A DNA stretch of 64,000 nt. It comes from a virus. Position numbers and translations under genes: made by a program. Within the stretch, counting starts at the first letter, position 1; each line of letters begins with the position of its first letter. The stretch is taken from positions 3,319 to 67,318 of the IMG/VR virus record IMGVR_UViG_3300036790_000286; one strand, written 5' to 3'. Positions 55,006-63,457 of this stretch are shown here, piece by piece. The notes under the pieces are model-generated. The model worked only from the letters and a program-made list of their open reading frames with translations. It was not told the origin of the DNA and searched no databases.

Positions 55006-55557
55006 TCAGAACCAGTCCAGGTCCTTTTGTTTGGCCGGCGGGGGCGGCTTGGTGGGGAGTTGTGCGCTTTGTACGTTTTGCGTCTCGGCGCGCTGCTTAT
55101 CACGGAAGAATCGGGAAGGCGATCCCTGGTGGGCCGCCTTCAGGTTTTTGAGCAGGACACTGGCGTCGTGGGGAGAGAGAACGCGGCGGGCGAAGTCCAG
55201 CAGATTCACGAAGCCAACCTGGGTCATGTTGTTCTTGCGCTGGTTACAGTCGTGGCAGCAGAGCGGGTCCATATTCTCGAGCGTGAATTCCCCGCCCAGC
55301 GATCGAGGAATGATGTGGTCAGGCGTGAGCGAAACGATGTCGATGGGCGCGCGACAGTAGCGGCACTGCACGGCGTTCAGCCCCACGCGAGTCCAGAGCC
55401 ATGCGCGCAGGTCCGCCTTGGTGAAATGGATTGGGGATGCGCCCCGGCGGATGGATCCTGCGCGCGGACCGCTCTTCCATTTCTTCGGCGCGGCCATCCG
55501 CCTCTGGCTGTCCCAGAGGGCGGTCACGCGCTCATCGAATATCTTCTCGGTCAGCAT
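55006..55557 (-). CDS. HNH endonuclease
   Basis: CRYC...TPDHIIPRSLGG...N...CHDCNQRK. Confidence 0.85.
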   Translation of the reverse strand: MLTEKIFDERVTALWDSQRRMAAPKKWKSGPRAGSIRRGASPIHFTKADLRAWLWTRVGLNAVQCRYCRAPIDIVSLTPDHIIPRSLGGEFTLENMDPLCCHDCNQRKNNMTQVGFVNLLDFARRVLSPHDASVLLKNLKAAHQGSPSRFFRDKQRAETQNVQSAQLPTKPPPPAKQKDLDWF

Positions 55558-55558
55558 C

Positions 55559-55879
55559 TCAGTTGATGAACGGATTCCCTTTCCGCGGCGGAGTGCCCCT
55601 TGGGGCCTCAGGCGCTGGAATCTCCAGAGCCAGCATGGTGAAGAACTCTCGCACCTCGGCGGGAGTGAACTGCTGTTTCAGGACTTGAATCAAGGTTGGG
55701 AGCAGGCGTTCTTTCGGCCCGATGCGCAACGCCGCCGCGTCTCCGTGGTTGGTGGAGTCGGGAGGGCTCGTGAGGATAAAGAGCATGTCGTGGGCACCGT
55801 TGGCCCCGGCTACCTTGGACATTGCAACCAGCAGCGCCTGAAGGCCGTCCGCCACTTTGCTGATGGGGCTGTCGCTCAT
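55559..55879 (-). CDS. Hypothetical protein
   Basis: Coupled ORF in the early arm. Confidence 0.55.
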   Translation of the reverse strand: MSDSPISKVADGLQALLVAMSKVAGANGAHDMLFILTSPPDSTNHGDAAALRIGPKERLLPTLIQVLKQQFTPAEVREFFTMLALEIPAPEAPRGTPPRKGNPFIN

Positions 55880-56088
55880 AAGCCTTCCTCTGTGCGTGCG
55901 GGCTTTCTTGATGCATTGATTGCCGCAATCAGGACCTCCGAAGCCTCGTTGCTGATCACCATGTAGCAGCCGGGGTCCTTCGGGTGGGTCATGATGAAGG
56001 TGAGATTTACGTCCGCAGTGAATAAAGGCGTGAGGCGGCGGAGTGCGTCCGCGACGGTGGCACCTGCATCAGAAACTCTGTCGCTCAT
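55876..56088 (-). CDS. Small hypothetical protein
   Basis: ATGA coupling on both sides. Confidence 0.5.
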   Translation of the reverse strand: MSDRVSDAGATVADALRRLTPLFTADVNLTFIMTHPKDPGCYMVISNEASEVLIAAINASRKPARTEEGL

Positions 56089-56534
56089 AGCCACCTCAGC
56101 GCGAGATAGTTACAAGTTAGGTGGAGGCTGTTGTCGACAATGACCAACAGCCAGAAAGCTAACCATGGGGGGGCGTACTTCTCGAAGCCAGTCTCCTTGC
56201 ACCACTCCCACGGCGCGTTTCGGTGCTCGCCTACAAACTCCCGGCCGAATCCCAGAAAGATCAGCCGCGAACGTTTCGGCGCGAGGAAGTTCTTGACCCA
56301 AATGACATAGCGCGCCAGTCCATAGCGGTCGATCAGATAGTGAGTGCCGAAGATGACGAGACCTATATAGCCGGGATGGGGATGCCACTCCGTCATCACC
56401 AGCGGGATAAAGCACAGCGAATAAAGGAGGGCGTGAAGCGTGGCGGCGACGGTGCTTTCCCTCTTGTTCTCCGCCATCCAGTGCGACTGGAGAATGTAAT
56501 CGCCCCAAAGGTGGGCGAGTAACTGAGCCATCAT
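56085..56534 (-). CDS. DUF3307-like membrane protein
   Basis: LLAHLWGDYILQ...HALLY...THYLIDR...DNSLH. Confidence 0.8.
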   Translation of the reverse strand: MMAQLLAHLWGDYILQSHWMAENKRESTVAATLHALLYSLCFIPLVMTEWHPHPGYIGLVIFGTHYLIDRYGLARYVIWVKNFLAPKRSRLIFLGFGREFVGEHRNAPWEWCKETGFEKYAPPWLAFWLLVIVDNSLHLTCNYLALRWL

Positions 56535-56836
56535 GCGAATACCCTTTGCGGCCGGCAGCGTCCCGCCAGGCTGAGGAGGTTGTGAGAGGTTGGCATCCGC
56601 GGCGCTTCAGGGAAAACGTCGCTGACTGAAACCTCGAGGACCGCGCAGATCATCGCGAGGTCGAAGGCGCCGCCGGTGAGGTCGCCGTTCTCGATGCGGT
56701 AGACCGAGGAATAGGTAAGGTGGGCGTCATCGGCAAGCTGCTTACGGCTGATTCCCTGGCCGCTGCGCAAGGCAAAGATCATGCGCCCCTGTAAACGGGC
56801 GAAGGCAATCTCGGCGTCCGTGCGCGGGATCTTCAC
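56531..56836 (-). CDS. XRE-family HTH regulator
   Basis: LRSGQGISRKQLADDAHLTYSSVYRIENG...ICAVLEVS. Confidence 0.8.
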   Translation of the reverse strand: MKIPRTDAEIAFARLQGRMIFALRSGQGISRKQLADDAHLTYSSVYRIENGDLTGGAFDLAMICAVLEVSVSDVFPEAPRMPTSHNLLSLAGRCRPQRVFA

Positions 56837-57267
56837 GCTGCCACTCTCGGACGCCAGTAAATAATCTGGCCGCTGAAGTCGACAATTACCCGACGGCGAC
56901 CCATCGCTCGGCTTATCTTTCCGTGCCGCTTGATCCAGAACCAGCGCATCTGGTTCCAGTCCGGGAAGCCATCAGCGCGCGCCAGCGACTCCATTTCGTC
57001 CCGCGCCAGCGCCGCGCCGTCGATGTGGACCGTGCTGCTGAGAACTTCCATCTCCACCATTACGACGTGAATGCGGATCGGGCGTACGCAGGTACATGGC
57101 TCCGCTTCCGGCAGGATGCGAAATGCTCCAGGGTGCCGCGCGCCACAGTAGAGGTAGAGTTTGTCCCCCTTCTTTATGGGCACCTTGCGATCAGCGCGGA
57201 TGGTGTGAGCCTTCGTCCCCAGACGGATAGGCTCAACGAACTGCCGCATGAAATTGAGCATCGGCAT
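56833..57267 (-). CDS. ASCH/PUA-like domain protein
   Basis: MLNFMRQFVEPIRLGTKAHTIR...GDKLYLY...LARADGF. Confidence 0.7.
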   Translation of the reverse strand: MPMLNFMRQFVEPIRLGTKAHTIRADRKVPIKKGDKLYLYCGARHPGAFRILPEAEPCTCVRPIRIHVVMVEMEVLSSTVHIDGAALARDEMESLARADGFPDWNQMRWFWIKRHGKISRAMGRRRVIVDFSGQIIYWRPRVAA

Positions 57268-57482
57268 TACGCGCGTCTCTCTTTCCGGATCCCGTAGAAC
57301 GACCGCCGCCGGTCCATGTCTCTGGCGTACATCGCCATCACGTCGATCAGCTGGCGGGTATCGAGTTCGCTGAAGAAGCAACCCGATCCCCCTTCACTCG
57401 CCAGCCCCAGCAGCGCCCGACGCTGCCCCGGGATAAAGGCATTCCACCAGCGGCGTACCTGGTCCTGAGTCATCGGCATCAT
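57267..57482 (-). CDS. Small hypothetical protein
   Basis: Coupled ORF; WWNAFIPGQRRALL. Confidence 0.5.
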   Translation of the reverse strand: MMPMTQDQVRRWWNAFIPGQRRALLGLASEGGSGCFFSELDTRQLIDVMAMYARDMDRRRSFYGIRKERRA

Positions 57483-57694
57483 CGGGCAACCTTCGACGGA
57501 AGGGCTGGGCCACAGTTCATGTAACAGGGGCCTTCGCCACAGTCGATGCATGGAGGCCCCTTCTTCTTCGGCCTCGGTGAAAGCACGCTGCAAACGTGGC
57601 TCTGTCCAGACTTAACGACCGTCCGACACAGGGGGCAGGTCATCTCGCAGCCCTGAACGAAGATTTCGCAGTGGCCAGTCATGCGGGCGGTCAC
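57479..57694 (-). CDS. Small Cys-rich protein
   Basis: CPLC, CIDCG, CYMNCGP; coupled ends. Confidence 0.45.
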   Translation of the reverse strand: MTARMTGHCEIFVQGCEMTCPLCRTVVKSGQSHVCSVLSPRPKKKGPPCIDCGEGPCYMNCGPALPSKVAR

Positions 57695-58893
57695 AGGAAC
57701 AAAACCTCCCGGTTCGCGGCGACGTGGCCCTTCTCGGTGATGATCAGATCTGCAGTTCTGAGGGCGGAAAGGTAGGAGTCAAATGTGCCGCTCTCAGCCA
57801 TCCCCACGCTTTTGGCGAGTTCCGCCCGTGGAATCAAGACATGCGGTGACCGGATCAGTACCTCGAGCATGCGCCTGGCCCCGAGCTTCAGCTTCGGAGC
57901 CCACACAGCGAATACCTCTGCGGTGGTTCGCGGTGGGGGTCCGAATCGCGCACCGAGGAAGTCGAGCCCGGCGCGCGTGGCCTTCCACTTCCCATCCTGA
58001 ATCTCAATCAGCCCCGCTGTGCGCAGGGCGGACTTATACGAGTCGAAGGTCCCGCTCCGCTTCATTTCGGATTGCACGGCGACCTGCGCTTCACTCAGGG
58101 CCTTGGGATGCCACTGACAGAGCACGCCAAGCATGCGCCGCGCGCCAGCTTTGATCGGCTGGGCCGACGTTCCATCTGTACCGTTGGGTACATTTTGCAC
58201 ATACTGTACGGCCGCGTGGGCGAGCGCGCGGACTTCCGGGATCCGTGCGGCGGCAGGAGGATGCACCGCTACGCGAGGCAGCGGCGGCGGTGCAGAATCT
58301 TCATCCTCGTAAGCGAGGACGATCGCGGCGATGACGCGGATGTGCCCTGCTACCTCGTTCATCACGCCGATGCCCTTGATGCCGCCCTGCTTCACCAGCC
58401 GGCTTACAGCGCCGAGGCACTTCTTTTGATCTTTCCCCTCGAGTAGCTGGGGCGCGAAGGTATCAGCCTCGTCGATGAACAGGTGGAGGGCATCGCGGTT
58501 GATGCGCAGGAGTTCGCTGGAGAAGTCGAGGACAAACTGAATCTGATCCTCGGTGATCCAGTTCCCCACGTCGAAGATGGCGGAGAAGCCATGCTCCACC
58601 AGCGCCCGGGCCATGGCTTTGCCGCCGCGGGGTTCCAGTGGCGCGTCCGCATGCTCTCCGCCGAAGACCACCACGGCATAGCCTGGACCCTTGCCGTCGG
58701 CCGAGGAGCGCAGACCGTACCATGCGGACGTTGGGTCGATGACGGCGATTTGCTGGCCGTGCTCCAGCATCTCCTCCGCTTCGACGCTGGCGGTATAACT
58801 CTTGCCGCTGCGCTTACGCGCGAGAATCGCCTGGGTGGAAGTTACAAGATCAATCGGCAGCGCAAAGCCCTCGGCTATCTTGAGGTCTTTCAT
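57691..58893 (-). CDS. HerA/FtsK-like ATPase with apparent internal deletion, plus tandem winged-helix C-terminus
   Basis: ARKRSGKS Walker A and LFIDEAD Walker B; sequence breaks after GIKGIGV with no TQR motif; two ARRML...GTFDSY-x-SALRTA repeats. Confidence 0.65.
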   Translation of the reverse strand: MKDLKIAEGFALPIDLVTSTQAILARKRSGKSYTASVEAEEMLEHGQQIAVIDPTSAWYGLRSSADGKGPGYAVVVFGGEHADAPLEPRGGKAMARALVEHGFSAIFDVGNWITEDQIQFVLDFSSELLRINRDALHLFIDEADTFAPQLLEGKDQKKCLGAVSRLVKQGGIKGIGVMNEVAGHIRVIAAIVLAYEDEDSAPPPLPRVAVHPPAAARIPEVRALAHAAVQYVQNVPNGTDGTSAQPIKAGARRMLGVLCQWHPKALSEAQVAVQSEMKRSGTFDSYKSALRTAGLIEIQDGKWKATRAGLDFLGARFGPPPRTTAEVFAVWAPKLKLGARRMLEVLIRSPHVLIPRAELAKSVGMAESGTFDSYLSALRTADLIITEKGHVAANREVLFL

Positions 58894-59231
58894 CCCCAAG
58901 GCTCCGCTTTAGCAATCGCGGCGTCCATCTTTGGGATCAATGCGCAGATGGAATCACATTGCACGGTCGGGTTATTGTGGTGAACCTCATGCCACGAAGC
59001 GGCTTCAGCTCGAATAGCCTTGAGCGCGCTCAGCAGCGCCGGCGCAGCGAAGAAGAGGGACGCATTGGCGGCCTCTTCCACCTCACCAAGACCGCCCATG
59101 ATGACGGCGATCCCCCCGGGGGCATGTTCCCGAGAGCGCACGACAAAGCGCCCCCCGGTAACATCATCGAACGGCAGGCCCAACTTATGAAGCTGCCACG
59201 GCTCTGCTGTGTGTTTTGCGTTCGCCATCAC
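58890..59231 (-). CDS. Hypothetical phage protein (HT-x-x-PW...ANA-x-L-x-x-AAP family)
   Basis: KHTAEPW...ANASLFFAAPALLSALK...AAIAKAE. Confidence 0.65.
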   Translation of the reverse strand: MMANAKHTAEPWQLHKLGLPFDDVTGGRFVVRSREHAPGGIAVIMGGLGEVEEAANASLFFAAPALLSALKAIRAEAASWHEVHHNNPTVQCDSICALIPKMDAAIAKAEPWG

Positions 59232-59452
59232 GCCCCCACCGGATTACAGCCACATCCGTCCTCGTCGACCTTGCATCCGCAAGCCCCGCAAGTTCGCGCG
59301 ACGGACTCCTCAGCATGTTTGGCATGGTCTTCAATCGCGTTGCCCTGCGTAACATGCTTGCCGGATTTCCAACCGCATTCACAGACGGCAATTACGCCAT
59401 CTTCGAGAAACGATTCCTCAAAAGCAGTTAGGGCGTGCCCCGGCGCGCTCAC
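59228..59452 (-). CDS. Small Cys-rich protein
   Basis: CECGW...H, CGACG. Confidence 0.5.
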   Translation of the reverse strand: MSAPGHALTAFEESFLEDGVIAVCECGWKSGKHVTQGNAIEDHAKHAEESVARTCGACGCKVDEDGCGCNPVGA

Positions 59453-61347
59453 CCGGCCGCCGCCAGCGCTTCCTGCTCGAGGCGCACCACCTTACCGTCC
59501 TCGACCATGTAGAACACGGCACCCTCAACCTCCGGGATTTCGCGCATTTCGCTGGTGCCGATGGCAATGGCCTGGTCAAGGTTCGCTTCGAGCAGCAGCG
59601 GATAGAAGGCGTTGCGCCCCTCGGTGTCCAGCAGGTCCACCTCATCCACCACTACCATGCGAATCTCGCTCACCTGCGCCAGCGCCACCTGAAACGCCAC
59701 GCAGAAGCGCAGGCGTTCGGAGCCCGACAGAGCGCGCAGCGGCAGCGTGGCCTTGGTGGCGGTATTGGTGACGACAAAGCCGTAAGGCTCAATCTGGAAG
59801 CTGCAAACGTAGCCCCACCGCTGCAGCGCCGCGTTCATGGCGCTGCTGAATGTCCCAATGTGCGAGGCCAGCAGTTCCGCCTTCACGCCGTTGGGGCCGA
59901 AGTACTGCACCAGCCATTCGAGGACCTCGGAGGCTTTGCGCAGCGCCGCCACCTTGTTTTCCGCGCGGGCGATTTCATCCCGGCGGGCGGTGGCCAGCGC
60001 GATCTTCTCCAGTTGCGATTCGAGCTTGCTCAGTTCCTCCCGCATTGCAGGGATCGCGGGATCCTCTGCTGGCTCCGGGGGCATCGTGGCCCTCAGCTCA
60101 TCCAGTTCGGCGGAGGTCGCCTTCAGCAGTGTTGAGTTCTCGCTGATCAGATCGCGGCAGCGGGTCTTGCTGGCGGTGCTGCGCTCATGGTCTTCGAGCT
60201 TCCGCTTTGCGCCCTGGACGTCGCCCAGTTCCTTCATCGCATTCTGGACGCCCTTCAGATCCTGCTTGGCCTTCTCCATGGCGTTCTTGTGGGGCGTCAG
60301 GGCATTGGCGAGGAATTCGGCGCTTACATCCCGCCGGCATACCGGGCACTCGTCTTTCTCTCCGAGACCTTCAAACAGGGTGATCGTTCCCCGGATCGTT
60401 GCCAGTAGCTCATTGAGGTGGGTCTGCTCCCGGAGCAGGTCCGCCAGGTGCTTGTCGCCGGCAGCAATGTTCGTCTGCTCTGTCAGTTGCTTCTTGCTGA
60501 GGATCATGGCCTCGACATTCGCCAGCGTCTCCTCCTCAAGCCGAATCTTCGACTCAAGGTTGCGGACGCGCTCCTCGAGTACGGCGGCCTGCGAACGCGC
60601 CTTGCTTGCCAGCATCACCTGATCCAACCGGGCTGCGTCGGTCTCGCGCAGCTGGCGCCGTACTTCTTCGATCCGCTCGTGAGCGTTCTCCGGGGCTCCT
60701 TCGGGCATGGCGATCGGCTCGGGGATGCGCAGGTTCTTCAGGTCGCGGTTGATATCGCGGCGGAAGTCAAAAGAGAGTTTGTAGAATCGCTCAATCGTTT
60801 CGAATGGCGAGTCGTTCATCCAGCGCGTGTCGCTCGGTCCGACGATTCCCGCGTCGTCCAGCTTCTGTGCCAGCCCCACTGGCCAGTCATAACTGTCGGG
60901 CACGATGACGGAGGAGAGCAGCGCCTTCTGAGCGTTAGCATCCAGCCCGATGAAGTAATGCGAGTTGAGGACGCAGGAGAGCACGTCGCGCTGGGCGTCC
61001 AGATATTGCTTCAGGCTGTCCCCGGTCCAGTCCGCGTCTTTGGGATCCGCAAAGGTCAGGGTGCGCCCGCTGGCCTCGGTGAGAGAGCAGCGCAGCTGAA
61101 CCTCGCGGTTGGCCTGGAGCTTCATCTGGATGATGGCTTTATCGCAGCCCTGGCGGATCAGCTCGGCAGCGCCCGCCCCGCGCGCGTCGGTGGAATCGCA
61201 GCGCCCGGTTATTGAGAATTCGATGGCCTGGCCGATGGAGCTTTTCCCGCGACGGTTTGCGCCCCGGATGCAGGTAAGACGATCGAGCGTGATATCGCTC
61301 TCGGTGTGGTTACGCCAGTTGATGAGTCTCACTCGGTTGATTTTCAT
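59449..61347 (-). CDS. Rad50/SbcC-like SMC ATPase
   Basis: GANRRGKSS Walker A, coiled coils with CPVC zinc hook, LSGSE signature, VVVDE Walker B; ATG 61347. Confidence 0.9.
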   Translation of the reverse strand: MKINRVRLINWRNHTESDITLDRLTCIRGANRRGKSSIGQAIEFSITGRCDSTDARGAGAAELIRQGCDKAIIQMKLQANREVQLRCSLTEASGRTLTFADPKDADWTGDSLKQYLDAQRDVLSCVLNSHYFIGLDANAQKALLSSVIVPDSYDWPVGLAQKLDDAGIVGPSDTRWMNDSPFETIERFYKLSFDFRRDINRDLKNLRIPEPIAMPEGAPENAHERIEEVRRQLRETDAARLDQVMLASKARSQAAVLEERVRNLESKIRLEEETLANVEAMILSKKQLTEQTNIAAGDKHLADLLREQTHLNELLATIRGTITLFEGLGEKDECPVCRRDVSAEFLANALTPHKNAMEKAKQDLKGVQNAMKELGDVQGAKRKLEDHERSTASKTRCRDLISENSTLLKATSAELDELRATMPPEPAEDPAIPAMREELSKLESQLEKIALATARRDEIARAENKVAALRKASEVLEWLVQYFGPNGVKAELLASHIGTFSSAMNAALQRWGYVCSFQIEPYGFVVTNTATKATLPLRALSGSERLRFCVAFQVALAQVSEIRMVVVDEVDLLDTEGRNAFYPLLLEANLDQAIAIGTSEMREIPEVEGAVFYMVEDGKVVRLEQEALAAAG

Positions 61348-61381
61348 TGGTCGGCTCCTTGGGTCAGGGTGGGAGTTGTTT

Positions 61382-61828
61382 CTAGGCTGTTTCTTCGTCT
61401 TCGTCGTCTTGGTCGGGCTCACCGGGAAGCGCAGCAGCCAGCTGTTTCCTCTCGGGAAGTGACACGAGAGCAATAGAGCGGGGCCTGCTCGTCTCGATCA
61501 CCTTGCGAGCCGCTTCTTCGGTGCAGGGGTTCAGGGCGTAGATAGCGGCGGGGCTAACGAAGCGCGTGCGCGCGGCGACGGCTCCGCGGATGACCTTCGA
61601 CCCAGCTGGCAAGAGGCTGTATTCCTCTTCGCCTGCCAGATTGGTAAAAGTGGCATACTCGGGGCGCTTCATTTCGACTTCTCGCTCAGGCAGCTCGGGA
61701 ACGTCAACCTGAAAGAGCGCAGGACCGCCGAAGTAGCGGGTGGTTACGAATCCCACCTCCTTTTGGTGGCCCATCAGTTCCACCACTGCCCAACCCTCGA
61801 AGTTCGTGTTAGTCGTTTGCGTGTCCAT
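61382..61828 (-). CDS. Conserved hypothetical phage protein
   Basis: WAVVELMGH...FQVDVP...AIYALNPCTEE. Confidence 0.7.
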   Translation of the reverse strand: MDTQTTNTNFEGWAVVELMGHQKEVGFVTTRYFGGPALFQVDVPELPEREVEMKRPEYATFTNLAGEEEYSLLPAGSKVIRGAVAARTRFVSPAAIYALNPCTEEAARKVIETSRPRSIALVSLPERKQLAAALPGEPDQDDEDEETA

Positions 61829-61989
61829 TAGATTGAGTCCTCGTCTTCGTATTCGTCTTCGTGCTGCGCATCGCAGTCATCGCTCAGGTGGTGAGTGCAG
61901 TCATCGGCAAACTCCTCGCCGGTATCGTGGTCTTCGATATCGCCAGAACAGTTACAGGCCTGGCCGCACTGTGGACAATCGTGGCTCAT
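61828..61989 (-). CDS. 53-aa highly acidic Cys/His-rich microprotein
   Basis: MSHDCPQCGQACNCSGDIEDHDTGEEFADDCTHHLSDDCDAQHEDEYEDEDSI; overlaps both neighbours (ATGA, TAATG). Confidence 0.6.
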   Translation of the reverse strand: MSHDCPQCGQACNCSGDIEDHDTGEEFADDCTHHLSDDCDAQHEDEYEDEDSI

Positions 61990-62282
61990 GCCCCGTCCCC
62001 GTCCCCGTACCCGGACCCGTCCCCGGACCCGTCCCCTTTCGGTTCAGACTCTCGTATCTGCTTCAGCACGGCGCTCAACCGCGGTACAGGGCAATCGCGG
62101 CGGTGGGTCACAGGCGCGGGGGTTACGTTGTACGACTTGCAGAGCTCGCACTTATGAATCTCCTGCCCTGTTCGCTTCCCGCCGTCGCCCAGCAATGCGA
62201 TATGGCGATAGGCAGTCCGCTTGACTGCGATGGCGGCCAGCACCAGTTCCTGAGTTAGTGCGTTCTCGCTGGCGAATTTCAT
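61986..62282 (-). CDS. Hypothetical protein ending in a GDGSG/GYG repeat
   Basis: CELC...HRRDCP; GDGSGDGSGYGDGDG tail. Confidence 0.55.
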   Translation of the reverse strand: MKFASENALTQELVLAAIAVKRTAYRHIALLGDGGKRTGQEIHKCELCKSYNVTPAPVTHRRDCPVPRLSAVLKQIRESEPKGDGSGDGSGYGDGDGA

Positions 62283-63457
62283 GCCAACTCCTCCCATTCC
62301 TCAACCTCTTCTTCGTCGTCCTGCTCCTTCGGCGCCGAGATACCGAACTTTGGCTTGCTCACGGTGACCGCGACGTTCTCCTTGATATCGAGGTCGGTGA
62401 TGGCGCGCTTCTTCGCCTTCAGGTAGCTCTTGAGCTTGGTTGAGCTGACGAATAACTTCTCGATCCATTCCACGTCTTCCGGGAAGGCGTCCCGGTGGCG
62501 GAACAAGGCCTGAACGGTGGGCAGCAGGGGAAACTGTGTCGAATCATGATCCTTGAACCCGATCCGCGTGACGCGGCCATTGCCGTCCTGGAGTTCTACC
62601 GGCAGCCCGCTGGCGTCGATGGCATCCTTCAGAACGCGCTTGGCAACCGCCTCCTGTTGCTTGAGCAGAACCAGCCGGCGGCCCCACTGCTCGGGCGTGG
62701 CCGAGGTGTTGGGATTGAAGTTCCCGATTGGGCAGCCGTTCGGGCGCTGGAGCAGCGGGCAATACTGGCAGTGATTGCCTGGCAGCGCCGGCAGCGGCTT
62801 TCCAGCGTCGTAAGCCGCGTGGATTTCTTCCTGCCGCTTCCGCGAGTTCAGCATCTGCTGGCGGAGTTTCAGATAGTCCTCAGTGCGCGTGAAGGTGACG
62901 CTCCGCCGGCACCTGGAATAGCGCACAAACACCAGCTCGAATTCCACTTCCTCAACCGAGGGGAAGTTTTCGAACACGAGGAACGAATAGCGCATGGCTT
63001 GGTCGGTATTGGGTTCGAACGGCCGCGGATGGCTCTTGAAGTCCTCGATCTTCGCTTTAGTCCGGGACAATTTCAGCAGCACGTCGAGCGTGCCCGCCGC
63101 GTTACCCTCATCGCTGGAAAGCGAAAACTCTGTGTCGTAGACGTGCTCGTAATCGACGAGGTAGTTATCGCGCAGCCCGTCAAGGATCGTGGCGGCTTCC
63201 TGCCCCGCACCGAGGGCCAGCCGATCGAACTCTCCCCAATCGGCAGGAACCTTTCGCGCAACACAATGCGCAATGTAGCGGCTCATGACTCGGTGGATCT
63301 CGAGGCCGCGAACCGATTGCAACCCGCCGGGCATCTGATGACCTTCGATCACCTGAACGCCGTAGCTGTGGGGGCAGGCGGCAACCTCCACGAGAGATTG
63401 CCGGTTGCTGGGCACGGTTCCCGCCTGCACAGTAGTTACCAAGGCGGCTGCGCTCAT
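62279..63457 (-). CDS. PD-(D/E)XK (RecB/Cas4-like) exonuclease
   Basis: CP...RGLEIH...GTLDVL...IEDFKS...QAMRY...CQYCP...C. Confidence 0.85.
   Translation of the reverse strand: MSAAALVTTVQAGTVPSNRQSLVEVAACPHSYGVQVIEGHQMPGGLQSVRGLEIHRVMSRYIAHCVARKVPADWGEFDRLALGAGQEAATILDGLRDNYLVDYEHVYDTEFSLSSDEGNAAGTLDVLLKLSRTKAKIEDFKSHPRPFEPNTDQAMRYSFLVFENFPSVEEVEFELVFVRYSRCRRSVTFTRTEDYLKLRQQMLNSRKRQEEIHAAYDAGKPLPALPGNHCQYCPLLQRPNGCPIGNFNPNTSATPEQWGRRLVLLKQQEAVAKRVLKDAIDASGLPVELQDGNGRVTRIGFKDHDSTQFPLLPTVQALFRHRDAFPEDVEWIEKLFVSSTKLKSYLKAKKRAITDLDIKENVAVTVSKPKFGISAPKEQDDEEEVEEWEELA

Noticed and set aside
61990-62036. CCCGTC/CCCGGA short tandem repeats
   Set aside because: They encode a GDGSG/GYG low-complexity tail that is common in small phage proteins.
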